A stretch of DNA of 64,000 bases from Adineta vaga (taxonomy: Eukaryota; Animalia; Rotifera), in assembly GCA_021613535.1 (NCBI GenBank), contig CP075492.1:4092001-4156000 (forward strand). The letters are read 5' to 3'. A program made the translations under genes and the position numbers. The notes under the pieces are model-generated. The model was not told the origin of the DNA and did not search any database. It saw only the letters and a list, made by a program, of their open reading frames with translations. Shown here in pieces: positions 43,095 through 55,821 of this stretch. Position 1 is the stretch's first letter; each line of letters opens with the position of its first letter.

Positions 43095-43306
43095 GGCGAT
43101 TTGTTATTGCATAATGTTCAACTCTGACAAGTTCGATTCCTTTGAATATTTTCAACTTTGTACATTGTCATCTACATCAAATCACATTCATTCGACTAAC
43201 AAAACAAAATAACATCGGTGATTCTATTACAGCATTTCTTTCCTATATATTATTTGAACATCACACAAGAAAATGTATACAAAAAAATAACTTTTCTTTA
43301 TAACAG

Positions 43307-45888
43307 TTAATACATATCATCTTCATCATCACCTTGATTATCTGCATCCACATTTTTGATCTTTTCTTGTCGTCGATAAAGATCAGCAACTTGTTCTGCA
43401 CTTGTTGCATCTTCAATTGATTTATCTTCTCGTTCACGAAGAAATCGAGGAAAACGAAGTGAAATACCTTTTCCTTCATCAACCTAGTTCATCCAAAAGA
43501 AAAATAAACAATATTTTTCCTTAAAATATCTTTATTTACTTACAAGACCAATAGCTGCATGATGGTTAGGTGATAAAGATAAATCAGCACATTTGACTTC
43601 CCACACTTTTGCAGCATCAAACCAAACATCCGGTATTAAAGATGAAGAATATCGATAATATGCAAGTGGTTTAGGAATAATATGTGGTTCCAATGATTTA
43701 CCCAATGATACAAGTAATTCGTCAGTAAAACCAGTACCCAACTATTCGAGAAAACAAAACATATTCATTTCATAATACTTCAATAAGAGAAGAAAAAAAA
43801 CTTACTTTACAAATACATTGATATTCTTCATTATCTTTATCGTAACATGCCAATAGATATCCACCATAAACACCAGTTCGTTTACCTGTGCCAGTATAAC
43901 CACCAATAACAACAAGATCGAGTGTGTCTCCAACACCATCAAGATAATCTTTTTTCAACTAAACAAAAAAAACAAAGCACTATTTTCTTTGAAAATAAAG
44001 TTCATCAATTACTTTGAGCCATTTATGTGATCGTTTAGCAATTTCATAAGTAGCATCATCATCTAATGTTTTAACCATCAAACCTTCACAACCATCTTTA
44101 ACTGATTGTTCCAAATACATATTGATTTCATCAATATTTGATGTTGTACGTGATTCAGCAAAAACAAGTTCACCAGGTATACAACGAAGTGATTCATGTA
44201 AAAGACGACGACGTTCACGAAATGGTTTTTCAACCAACGATTCACCATTTAAATACAAAAGATCAAATGCAAATATACACACTAAACAATATAATCTATA
44301 TTGAAAATTTACTGTTTTACAAAAAGAGAACAAACCTTGAAGTTTAATTTCTTTAATATCTGCATCCTAAGTTCGAACAATGTTTGTATAAATATCAATT
44401 TTAATTGGCAAAAAAAGAAAACATCATAAGCAACACATTCTCCATCTAATATTAATGATTTGACTTGCGGTTGAAATGCATTCGGTATTCGTTCAATAAC
44501 ATCAGGATATTTCGATGTATTATTTTCTGAATTTCTCGAATAAATATAAACTTTCTTATCTTCCGTTAAATGTATCTAAAAACAATATTTAGAACGAGGT
44601 TAACAATTGAATCAACATACTTGTGCACGTTCACCATCATATTTATATTCACAAGCAAATTCACTTTGTCCACAACGTTTTAATATTTCATCAATACCTT
44701 TCGATGGATGTGCTAACATGGGTTTCTTGAGATTGACAAGAAACAAGAAGACTTTTGATAATATCACCTTTACGTTGTTGACTCTGAAGAAAAAGTATTT
44801 ATTTTCTGAAAGATCGAATAAAATTTTTACTTTGTTGCCTGTTAATTGAGCAATTTCTTTTAATTTTTTATAAACATGTGACACCGTTAATGGTTTAGGT
44901 TTAAACATCGTACGTTGTGTTGAACGAGAGGCCTGCAAAGAATTCAACAATTTCAAGAGATTGTCTTTCTTTTATAGATTTACCTCAGCGACCAAACCTA
45001 AATCACCTTTTGATTTATAATCAGCTTTTACTTGTTCAGCCGTACGACCTGTACTATCAGCAATTGCTTTGATAATAATGGTTTCACCAATACCTAATTC
45101 AATGCCTTCGTATTCTGGTGCGACTTTATTAACACATAAATAAACACTATATACTAAATCATTAGGTGATAAACTTCGAACTGAACGAAAGAAATTTGAT
45201 AAAATACGAATAATTTCTAAACGAGCTGAAGTTTCTTCAATTAATAATAACGTCGCTGATAAAGCACCATATGTATGGAACACTGAAATACACAAATTAT
45301 TGTAACTATTTAGTATTTTTCTACAATTAAATTTTACTTTTCACCGAGTTTCCAACATGCATCATTGATTGGATCATAATTTGTTTTACCGGGATTATAT
45401 GATTGTGGATCAGCAACACTGAAAATAAAGATTTGCTTTGTGATTAATCTTCTTGAATGAAGATTAAATTACCTTTTCTGTTCAATGGAAACAATTGTTG
45501 TTGGTCCAATTTTCGGCACTATCGTTTGTTCTTCATCTTTTACTTCGACTTTTGTATCGATAATTTTCATTTGTTTAACAACTTTAGTCGGTGTTTCTCC
45601 AAGATTTTCTGTTGATGAACTACTTTCATCAAAACTTAATACACGTTTTCTAGCACGTTTTGTTGGAATAATTCGATCTTCTGAAACGGACGATGGAGAA
45701 ACAATTGGTTCTTTATTTTTAACAGTAATTGGAGACGCAATCGTTTCTTTTTTTTTTCGATGATATCACAGATGATTGATCCTTTTTTTGTAAAAACCGA
45801 CCTAAGAATATGTCATTAAATACTAGTTAAATAGAAACAATTTTTCATACGCAATCGATGATTGACTGATTTTCTTGGAATTATTCAT
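43307..45888 (-). pseudogene. Inverted degenerate DNA ligase I copy
   Basis: KYDGERAQ is retained, but there is a 5' frameshift, a deletion of about 275 bp near 44730 and a disrupted segment near 44400. Confidence 0.9.
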
Positions 45889-46504
45889 TTTTATCTTCTT
45901 TATACGTGAAGATAAATATCTCAAATGATGTTCATTATGATTATGAAATAAAATTTGAACAAAGCGAAAAGAGAAACAATGTTTCAAAGACATCGGAAAG
46001 TACATACACGAATATGAATGAATTATTGGTATATTATGAACAACCAATAACAAATATCGTTCGAATTTTTTTGAGAGGCACCATATGAGTGAAGAGAAGT
46101 ACAAAATCGTTATGTTCTAAAGCGTTTATGGTAATAAAATGGAATGATATGTTCAAATCAAGTGAAGAAGATATTATACTATCAAATTTTAATATCATAT
46201 TAAGTTCAAAAAGCAATGTCATGTATCATTGAATGATGCAAATCTTTCTTATAGTTGTATGTAATCAAGGAGATTTTTTTTCTCGTTTTATACTTCATCA
46301 ACCGTAGCTAAGTTTTTATTTACAAAGAAAAAACTCAAGTATGAACAGGAAAAACAATAATAACAATTAGATGATCTTCATGTAAAAGAAGAAAAACAAA
46401 ATGATCGTTCTATTATAATATAAGTTATGCTTTAAAACTGATAAATATATATATATATCCATTAAAGTTAAAAATCACCCTCAAAATTCAAATAAAAAGT
46501 TCAT

Positions 46505-47950
46505 TTATTTATTTTCTTCCCAACCAAATTGACTCATGGATATGGGAAGACTAAGAGATTCTTTTCCAATTTCAGTTGTTTTTGTTACACAACATAATTG
46601 TCCTTTGAATTCTGGTAGATAAGTTGCACCAGATAAGGGACATTTCACTAATGGATTTCTACTAAAATAAACGAATATTTGAGATAAAAATCTAATAGAT
46701 ACAAAATTCATACCGATAGATAGGTACATAGGATGCAGCACAAATATCAAATGGATTATATTCATCATAATTCAATGGTTGTTCATCAATTCGATTCTTT
46801 TCACAGACACTTAATACTTTTCGTGTCTAAAAACAAGAGAGTGAAAATGATATGAGAATGAAGTGAATTCTAATACGAACCTGTTGAGCAACATCAGGTG
46901 TTGGTCCTAATTCCAAGAGACGTTTAGCAAAACTTGCTGCTATTTTATAATTTTTCATTTTAAATGCTTGATTCAATGCAGATTTTAATGCCATGATTTT
47001 GTGTACAGGTTGTAATTGTAAATGAGTAAAATATGCAGCTAATTCACACGAACGCTTCTCATCATTTTTTGCTAAATCTTTCTTTGCCATTGACATTTGT
47101 AATCCAACAATATATTCTTTACATATTTCGATCAGTTGTTGACTTTCAAGAATCCCTTGTTGCGATTCGAGAACAAGTAATGGTAGAGATAATAGAATGG
47201 AATGAAAGTGATCAATAGCTTCTTGAAATTTACCATTTGTTGTTAGACGGTAAGCGACTTGAAGACGTGCAACTAATCCTTCTAATTTCAAACCAATAGC
47301 AGGAAAGAATAGTTTTGGTGAATGTGCATCACGCCTTAAATAAAAAAAAGATTATTTATTGAATAAAACATAAAGAGAAAGAAATAACTGACCAATTTCT
47401 TAATGGATATGCATATAATGCTGGTAATGATGGTAATGCTGTAAAAGCTGTACGTGATCGTGAATAAATTTGGAGAAATATTTGTTTATATTCTTCAAAG
47501 TTGACAATACCAGCGTGATCATGTAATAAACGCATTGCTGATTCAAATGAACCACTTACGACATGATCAACAGCTAATTTCGAATTTTGTGACCAATATT
47601 GTGGAACAGAATGACCTTTAGCTGGTGCAACAAACTAGCCACTACCATTATCTTCATCTCTAGTACCACCTGCATCACTAGATTCTTTCTAAAACGAAAT
47701 AGAAAGTTTTCTTGAAAGAAAAAATATCTTATAGAAAAGAATCACTTACTAGATCAATTGATGAATCAAGGTCTGTATTACTACAACCTTCAGCATGATC
47801 ATGTTCATTGGTATTGATATTTTTTCGTCGAATATCAGCATAATCTTCAGCTTCACCTGCTGCTTCCTGAAAGGAATTAGGAAGTTTTCTTGAAAAAGAA
47901 AATATCCAGAGAAATAAATCACTTACAAGATCGAATGGTGAAAACAACGA
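46505..47950 (-). pseudogene. Coatomer alpha (COPA) C-terminal fragment with introns and an in-frame TAG at 47635-47637
   Basis: AGSFESAMRLLHD-like segment (VSGSFESAMRLLHD), [33 protein letters not shown]. No N-terminal WD40 region in the window. Confidence 0.85.
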
Positions 47951-48860
47951 AATGCCATTAGCTGTTTCGAATGTATCTAAAAGAACAAAAATATAAGTTA
48001 AATAATAATTGATTTTTTAAAGATGATGTTAAGAAGATTTGGAGTTCTGTTGACTTACCTTCATATAAGTCATATGTGTCGTTTTCGACAGAATGTTCCA
48101 ACCACTTGTTAATAATATCCGATGTATTCATCCTTATTTCGTAGCGAACAACGCGACCACTACCTTCTGTTGATTCACTTTGATCGGATTCATCGTCAGT
48201 TAATGGTTGTTGATATTCGATCGTGTCAACAAATGTTAACGGTTTCGGTATTGATTTATCAGAAGCCGAATTTTTATCCTGTGCTTTTTCTGCTGTTAAA
48301 TCATTTAATATTTTTAAAATATAGACAATATCTTCAGCAGTGAATTCGACATTGTACATTATTTCCCAAGTAGTATCAGGTAATGGCTTCATTGGATTCA
48401 GAATCAAAAATAAATTATCTTGACATTTTGTAAGTTCTTTATATGATTTTGATGTTGATGTTGATATTCGAACGAGTGTCAAGGCTTTTCGTTCATTATA
48501 AGCTTTTGTTGGTGCAATTGGAACTAGATGATTAAGGAGATCATCGTACTTTATGTTCGGTACGATTGATTCATCTTCCTTCACCTTCTGATATGGATTA
48601 ACACCACCGAACGATGTGATGAGAAGAACAGTTATTTCGGGCGATATTGACCAACAAAGACATGGTCGCGATGTTGGGCGTTGTGGCTTTTTTTTGTGTG
48701 GTGATGCATTCGACGAAGATGATGCTGAAGTGACAGTTGGAGCTGACGATGACGAACCGGATGGTGATCCTGAAATTTCATTCAATGCGTTTTGTACACT
48801 TTGTCTAATGTAAAAGATCTTGAATAGTGACGGCTTTGCGTCACTTACACTTTCTGCCAT
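47635..48860 (-). CDS. Putative chimeric gene: about 267-codon orphan exon spliced in frame through 47976-47927 and 47866-47750 into COPA-derived sequence, ending at TAG 47635
   Basis: Long open exon from ATG 48860 with an upstream TTTTCAG acceptor; phase-compatible GTAAG/AG junctions. Confidence 0.5.
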
Positions 48861-49029
48861 GATTTCTGAAAAATATTACATTAATGAAATCGTTAATATT
48901 ACTACTGCACAGTTCAGTGCAAAAGCGACAAAAACAAACAACAGTTCATATCGTCTGTACGTTTGAAAAAACACTCTTTGTAGTCATTTTAGCGTATTCT
49001 TATGATTCTATATTATCATTTGAATTATT

Positions 49030-49646
49030 TTCGTTACACAACATAATTGTCCTTTGAATTCTGGTAGATAAGTTGCACCAGATAAGGGACATTTCACTAA
49101 TGGATTTCTACTAAAATAAACGAATATTTGAGATAAAAATCTAATAGATACAAAATTCATACCGATAGATAGGTACATAGGATGCAGCACAAATATCAAA
49201 TGGATTATATTCATCATAATTCAATGGTTGTTCATCAATTCGATTCTTTTCACAGACACTTAATACTTTTCGTGTCTAAAAACAAGAGAGTGAAAATGAT
49301 ATGAGAATGAAGTGAATTCTAATACGAACCTGTTGAGCAACATCAGGTGTTGGTCCTAATTCCAAGAGACGTTTAGCAAAACTTGCTGCTATTTTATAAT
49401 TTTTCATTTTAAATGCTTGATTCAATGCAGATTTTAATGCCATGATTTTGTGTACAGGTTGTAATTGTAAATGAGTAAAATATGCAGCTAATTCACACGA
49501 ACGCTTCTCATCATTTTTTGCTAAATCTTTCTTTGCCATTGACATTTGTAATCCAACAATATATTCTTTACATATTTCGATCAGTTGTTGACTTTCAAGA
49601 ATCCCTTGTTGCGATTCGAGAACAAGTAATGGTAGAGATAATAGAA
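49030..49646 (-). pseudogene. Second COPA C-terminal fragment, direct repeat of 46581-47197
   Basis: Constant offset of 2449 bp and identical translated ORFs; truncated at both ends. Confidence 0.9.
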
Positions 49647-50519
49647 TATAATTTCATCAACAATTTGTCAATGATGTCGACCATAACCATAACGAATTAA
49701 GCAGTTATGATCTAAACTGTATTTAATACAATCATAGAAAACAATTTCTTGATTTACGAATTCGTTCAATTTCTTCGAGTATGATTTTTAAATCAGCACC
49801 ATCTTCTACTTTATAACTTTGTGATGTTTGATTACATCCTTGGAAATATCCCAATCCCAACAAGCAAGATCTCGTATGTACATGAGACTTTTTTTCGTCG
49901 AAAAGAACAAGGGACATGAACATTTCTCATACTCTATCGATTTGAAGAATATTCTATTCAATCAATTTATTTCGACATTTGTGCTATAGATGTCACTGAC
50001 CATAATAGATTTAGCGTATCATTATTATTGGATATGTGATGTTTTGAAGCTTGCACTGCTATTACTTCGATCTTGACTTATAATCTATAGACCATCATGA
50101 TTAGCTGTTAATCGATATATTCATGTATATATATATATACATATTTATCAGTTACAAAATATAACTAATATCGACACAATGCATGATTCTTATTATTATT
50201 GCTGTTATTGTTTGTTTTTTAGTATTTTCTTTAAAAACAAAATTTAACTGAAATAGTTTAATCTGGACGCAAGACAAAAAGATATTTATATCATTCATTC
50301 TTCGCTCTTTACTGTCTGAGTACAACTATAAGAGAAAGATTTGTATAACTCAATGATCGCATGATATTAATTTCTCAACTAAAGATTATGTTTGAATTCA
50401 ATATAATGATGTCTTGTAATAACATAATAAACTTCCATTATATCTAATCATGAATAGATATTTCATTTGGGCAACAGCTAAATACTCTTCCTTTTCTTTT
50501 CCTATTGATTAATCCACAT

Positions 50520-51530
50520 TGAAAATGAATGAGAATAATAATAACGATGAAGAAGATGGTGAATTTCCATTCGTTGATCTTTTTGGTCTAATGGAAAAGA
50601 TCTTTGTTGATTTTGATGATGAATTTTCTTCTTGTTTTCTATCGGCTCGGCATTTTCGATTCCTTCACGAAACTTCAACAATGAAAATACTCAGTCATCA
50701 TCGAAAAGTCTAAGACGATGAAATCCTCAAACAAGATAATCAAAACAAAACATCTTGTATTTACTAAAAATATTCTTTTGCCTTCTTATTTCTTTCCATG
50801 TAGACAATCGTTATGGTGATGAAAATCTTAACTCCATAATTGAAAACCACAGTCTCAGTGGAACATTCTCTCCAACATTTTCAAGTTCTTCAACAATAAC
50901 ATCGATGCATCGAAAAACAACACCATGAAGAAAAAATATATCATTGAGAAGAAAGTGCAACAATCCTTTATTCAAAATGAAAAGAATAAAATGAAAACAA
51001 TCACGAAAATTTGTGGAGATAAACATCATACAAGAATCAAACAAGATGCAAATATTGCTCGAGAATATGAAAATGCAACACTAAATGAATTAAATCAAAT
51101 AGGCAACAATATAATTATGAAAGAATTTACTGTGTTCGTTTATGTAAAGGTAATTGAAGATTTATGATTAGTAGTTGAGAAATAGATATAGACTTTAAAT
51201 TGTGCAGATGGTGAATGGACTCAAGTTTTAGTTGATGATCGTCTTTCATGTACACCAGATAGAAAACTGACTAATTCTCAAGCACATCGAAAACAATTAT
51301 GGGCAAATTTAATCATTTTTTATACAAAATTTTCCATTAGAAAAATGTTTAGGTTCCATTAATCGAAAAAGCAATGGCTAAATTAAATGGTAGTTATGAA
51401 TCAATTATTGCTGGTCGTCAGGATGTGAAGATTCGTTGTACGTATTTTTATCGAAATAAATCTAATCAATTTTAAAATTAGAATTAGCAACCGCTACTGG
51501 AAGTCCATGTGAAACTTTAATACTTGGTCG
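50520..51530 (+). pseudogene. Degenerate calpain-15/SOL paralog; homology clear at 51100-51530
   Basis: CVRLCK|[21 protein letters not shown]|[16 protein letters not shown] and [17 protein letters not shown]; the catalytic-Cys exon is absent. Confidence 0.8.
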
Positions 51531-51607
51531 TTCCTTTACATCGATTACTTTTGTACTTCTCTTCACTTGTATGTGGTGCCTCTCGAAAAACTCTATCAAT
51601 CTTCCCT

Positions 51608-51631
51608 ATTGGTTGTTTATAATACACCAAT
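51608..51631. promoter_or_regulatory. ATTGG-N14-CCAAT dyad upstream of LIG1
   Basis: About 140 nt upstream of the ATG; conserved in the inverted copy at 46025-46048. Confidence 0.55.
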
Positions 51632-51771
51632 GATTCTCTCTCATATTCATGTAATAATGTATGTACTTTCCGATGTCTTTGAAACATTGTTTCTCTTTTC
51701 GCTTTGTTCAAATTTTATTTCACAATGAACATCATTTGAGATATTTATCTTCATCTATAAAGAAGGTTAAA

Positions 51772-54680
51772 ATGAGTAATTCCAAGAAAATCAATCAACC
51801 ATCCATTGCGTATGAACAATTGTTTCTATTCAACTGATATTTAATCGACTTTTTTAGTTCGTTTTTTACAAAAAAAGGTCAACCACCTGTGATATCACCA
51901 AAGAAAGAAACGATTGCATCTCCAATCAGTGTTAAAAATAAAGAACCAATTGTTTCTCCATCATCCGATTCCGAAGATACGATTATTCCAACGAAACGCG
52001 CTAAAAAACGTGTATTAAGTTTTGATGAAAGTGATCACGATCAAAAAAGTAATTCATCAACAGAAAATATTAAAGAAACACCAACTAAAGTTGTTAAACA
52101 AATGAAAATTATCGATACAAAAGTCGAAGTAAAAGATGAAAAACAAACGATAGTGCCGAAAATTGAACCAACAACAACTGTTCCAGTTGACCAGAAAAGG
52201 TAATTTAATCGTCATTCAAGAAGATTAATCACAAAGCAAATCTTGAATTTCAGTGTTGCTGATCCACAATCATATAATCCCGGTAAAACAAATTATGATC
52301 CAATCAATGATGCATGTTGGAAACTCGGTGAAAAGTAAAGTTTTTTGCGAACAGTGATATAAATTTGCAAGCTTTTTTTTAGTGTTCCATACAGCGCTTT
52401 ATCAGCAACGTTATTATTAATTGAAGAAACTTCAGCTCGTTTAGAAATTATTCGTATTTTATCAAACTTTTTTCGTTCAGTTCGAAGTTTATCACCTAAT
52501 GATTTAGTATATAGTGTTTATTTATGTGTTAATAAAGTCGCACCAGAATACGAAGGCATTGAATTAGGTATTGGTGAAACCATTATTATCAAAGCAATTG
52601 CTGATAGTACGGGTCGTACGGCTGAACAAGTGAAAGCAGATTATAAATCGAAAGGTGATTTAGGATTGGTTGCTGAGGTAAATCTATAAAAGAAAAACAA
52701 TCTCTTGAAATTGTTGGATTCTTTGCAGGCATCTCGTTCAACACAACGCACGATGTTTAAACCTAAACCATTGACGGTATCACATGTTTATAAAAAATTA
52801 AAAGAAATAGCCCAATTAACAGGCAACAAAGTAAAAATTTTATTCGATCTTTCAGAAAATAAATACTTTTTCTTCAGAGTCAACAACGTAAAGGTGATAT
52901 TATCAAAAGTCTTCTTGTTTCTTGTCAATCTCATGAAACTCGTTATCTTGCTCGATCGTTAATCGGCAAACTTCGTATTGGTTTAGCTGAACAATCGATG
53001 CTTGTTGCTTTAGCGCATGCATGTATTCGTCATGATTCGTCAGATTTAAAAGAATCAGTATTAAAAGAACATCTTGATGCTGGTACACTTGCTGTTAAAG
53101 AAGCATTTTGTCAATGTCCATCCTATGATATTCTTATGGATGTTCTTATTAATAAAGGTGGAATCAATCATTTGAGAGAATTATGTAAAGCAACACCAGG
53201 TATACCAATGAAACCCATGTTAGCACATCCATCGAAAGGTATTGATGAAATATTAAAACGTTGTGGACAAAGCGAATTTGCTTGTGAATATAAATATGAC
53301 GGTGAACGTGCACAAGTATGTTAATTCAATTGTTAATCTCGTTCTAAATATCGTTTTTAGGTTCATTTAACGGAAGATAAGAAAGTTTATATTTATTCGA
53401 GAAATTCAGAAAATAATACATCGAAATATCCTGATGTTATTGAACGAATACCGAATGCATTTCAACCACAAGTCAAATCATTAATATTAGATGGAGAATG
53501 TGTTGCTTATGATATTGAACAAAAGAAATTATTACCTTTTCAAACATTATCAACTCGTAAACGAAAAGTATGTTGTCTGCTTCAAATCTATGATTCTTCA
53601 CGTAGTGATTTGATTTGATTTAGGATGCAGATATTAAAGAAATTAAAGTTCAAGGTATGTTTCTTCATTCTTTATTATTTCATTTGAATGAATAATTTTG
53701 TTTAGTTTGCATATTTGCATTTGATCTTTTGTATTTAAATGGTGAATCATTGGTTGAAAAACCATTTCGTGAACGTCGTCGCCTCTTACATGAATCACTT
53801 CGTTGTATACCTGGTGAACTTGTTTTTGCTGAATCACGTACAACCTCAAATATTGATGAAATCAATATGTATTTGGAACAATCAGTTAAAGATGGTTGTG
53901 AAGGTTTGATGGTTAAAACATTAGATGATGATGCTACTTATGAAATTGCTAAACGATCACATAAATGGCTCAAAGTAATTTATGAACTTTATTTTCAAAG
54001 AAAATAGTGCTTTGTTTTTTTTTGTTTAGTTGAAAAAAGATTATCTTGATGGTGTTGGAGATACACTTGATCTTGTCGTCATTGGTGGTTATACAGGTAC
54101 TGGTAAACGAACTGGTGTTTATGGTGGATATCTATTGGCATGTTACGATAAAGATAATGAAGAATATCAATGTATTTGTAAAGTAAGTTTTTCTCTTCTC
54201 TTATTGAAGTATTATGAAATGAATATTTTTTGTTTTCTCGAATAGTTGGGTACTGGTTTTACTGATGAATTACTTGTATCATTGGGTAAATCATTGGAAC
54301 CACATATTATTCCTAAACCACTTGCATATTATCGATATTCTTCATCTTTAATACCGGATGTTTGGTTTGATGCTGCAAAAGTGTGGGAAGTCAAATGTGC
54401 TGATTTATCTTTATCACCTAACCATCATGCAGCTATTGGTCTTGTAAGTAAATAAAGATATTTTAAGGAAAAATATTGTTTATTTTTCTTTTGGATGAAC
54501 TAGGTTGATGAAGGAAAAGGTATTTCACTTCGTTTTCCTCGATTTCTTCGTGAACGAGAAGATAAATCAATTGAAGATGCAACAAGTGCAGAACAAGTTG
54601 CTGATCTTTATCGACGACAAGAAAAGATCAAAAATGTGGATGCAGATAATCAAGGTGATGATGAAGATGATATGTATTAA
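51772..54680 (+). CDS. LIG1: DNA ligase I, intact, multi-exon
   Basis: PIP box QPSIASFF spanning intron 1; [25 protein letters not shown] and ISLRFPRF. Confidence 0.95.
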
Positions 54681-54892
54681 CTGTTATAAAGAAAAGTTAT
54701 TTTTTTGTATACATTTTCTTGTGTGATGTTCAAATAATATATAGGAAAGAAATGCTGTAATAGAATCACCGATGTTATTTTGTTTTGTTAGTCGAATGAA
54801 TGTGATTTGATGTAGATGACAATGTACAAAGTTGAAAATATTCAAAGGAATCGAACTTGTCAGAGTTGAACATTATGCAATAACAAATCGCC

Positions 54893-54965
54893 GCCGCGGT
54901 GGCTCAGTCGGTAGAGCGTCAGTCTCATAATCTGAAGGTCGTGAGTTCGATCCTCACCCGGGGCA
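54893..54965 (+). tRNA. tRNA-Met(CAT), elongator type
   Basis: Cloverleaf with anticodon arm TCAGT-CTCATAA-TCTGA and GTTCGA T-loop; one G4:G69 acceptor-stem mismatch; TTTTTT terminator at 54969. Confidence 0.95.
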
Positions 54966-55143
54966 CTATTTTTTGACCAAAATTCTTTGTATATATAAGT
55001 TTACATTCATTTCATACTTCTTTTTTTTGAATAGAAAGAAAACAAATGCTTACATTTTTCAGTGTAGAAAATGTTTTTTCCGAAATAAATCTTTCCTTCC
55101 GTTAGGTTAATGCCATCTAATATGAAGCAAGTAAAGCAGGGAT

Positions 55144-55539
55144 TCAAGAAGAATGTGGAAATGATTCTGGTACTGTCAAATAATTTGTTGATGGGCGAGA
55201 CAATGTTGGAATTGCATTTAAAATAGTGGTTTCTTCATTGATTCTTTCATTTTCATTCTTTGTCCGTGTATATAATTTTGAAATAAAATCGATGAAAAGT
55301 TGTTGATAATAAAAACAGAATAAAATCAGAAGAAGAAGAATAATCAAAATAAAAATTAGAATAACATTATTGATTGTTATATGGATTTCAGAATCTTCTA
55401 AAGAAGCCGTTTCTGAATATTTATTAGGAATAAAATGGAAACTGTTTGATGCTTTTGTTGGTAAAATAGATTCATTTGTTGGTGATAAACTGATCATCAT
55501 CGTGGATAATGAAAGTATTAATAAAATATGCCAAGGCAT
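55144..55539 (-). CDS. Small single-pass membrane protein of unknown function
   Basis: Intronless ORF with a signal-like N-terminus and one strong TM helix (VILIFILIILLLLILFCFYY). Confidence 0.5.
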   Translation of the reverse strand: MPWHILLILSLSTMMISLSPTNESILPTKASNSFHFIPNKYSETASLEDSEIHITINNVILIFILIILLLLILFCFYYQQLFIDFISKLYTRTKNENERINEETTILNAIPTLSRPSTNYLTVPESFPHSS

Positions 55540-55821
55540 GTTCAAAGAAAGCAGTATGAGACTATGAAACAAGTTCCATAATAATGTACTTTCTTATTAA
55601 AATTTAATTAATGTTAAAGTGGTTATTAATCTGAAGAAGATTTTATCTTTTCTTGGAAAATAGACTCAACTCAATCACGTTTTTATGGATATTAATTTCA
55701 ATGCAACTATTTTTAATTAGTAAACTGAATTAAGTTTGTTATGTCGCAAAGATTCTCTTCTTAATTGACTAAAAACTAGAAAAAATGCTTTATTCTTGAC
55801 TACAAAAATAAAAATATAATA

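Noticed and set aside
49700-49930. Coding-like fragment LGYFQGCNQTSQSYKVEDGADLKIILEEIERIRK
   Set aside because: Probably a gene remnant, but I cannot identify it; too short to call.
51517-51711. 64-aa minus-strand ORF head-to-head with LIG1
   Set aside because: Non-ATG start, frame broken in the duplicate at 45950-46110, and it overlaps the promoter dyad; more likely promoter DNA.
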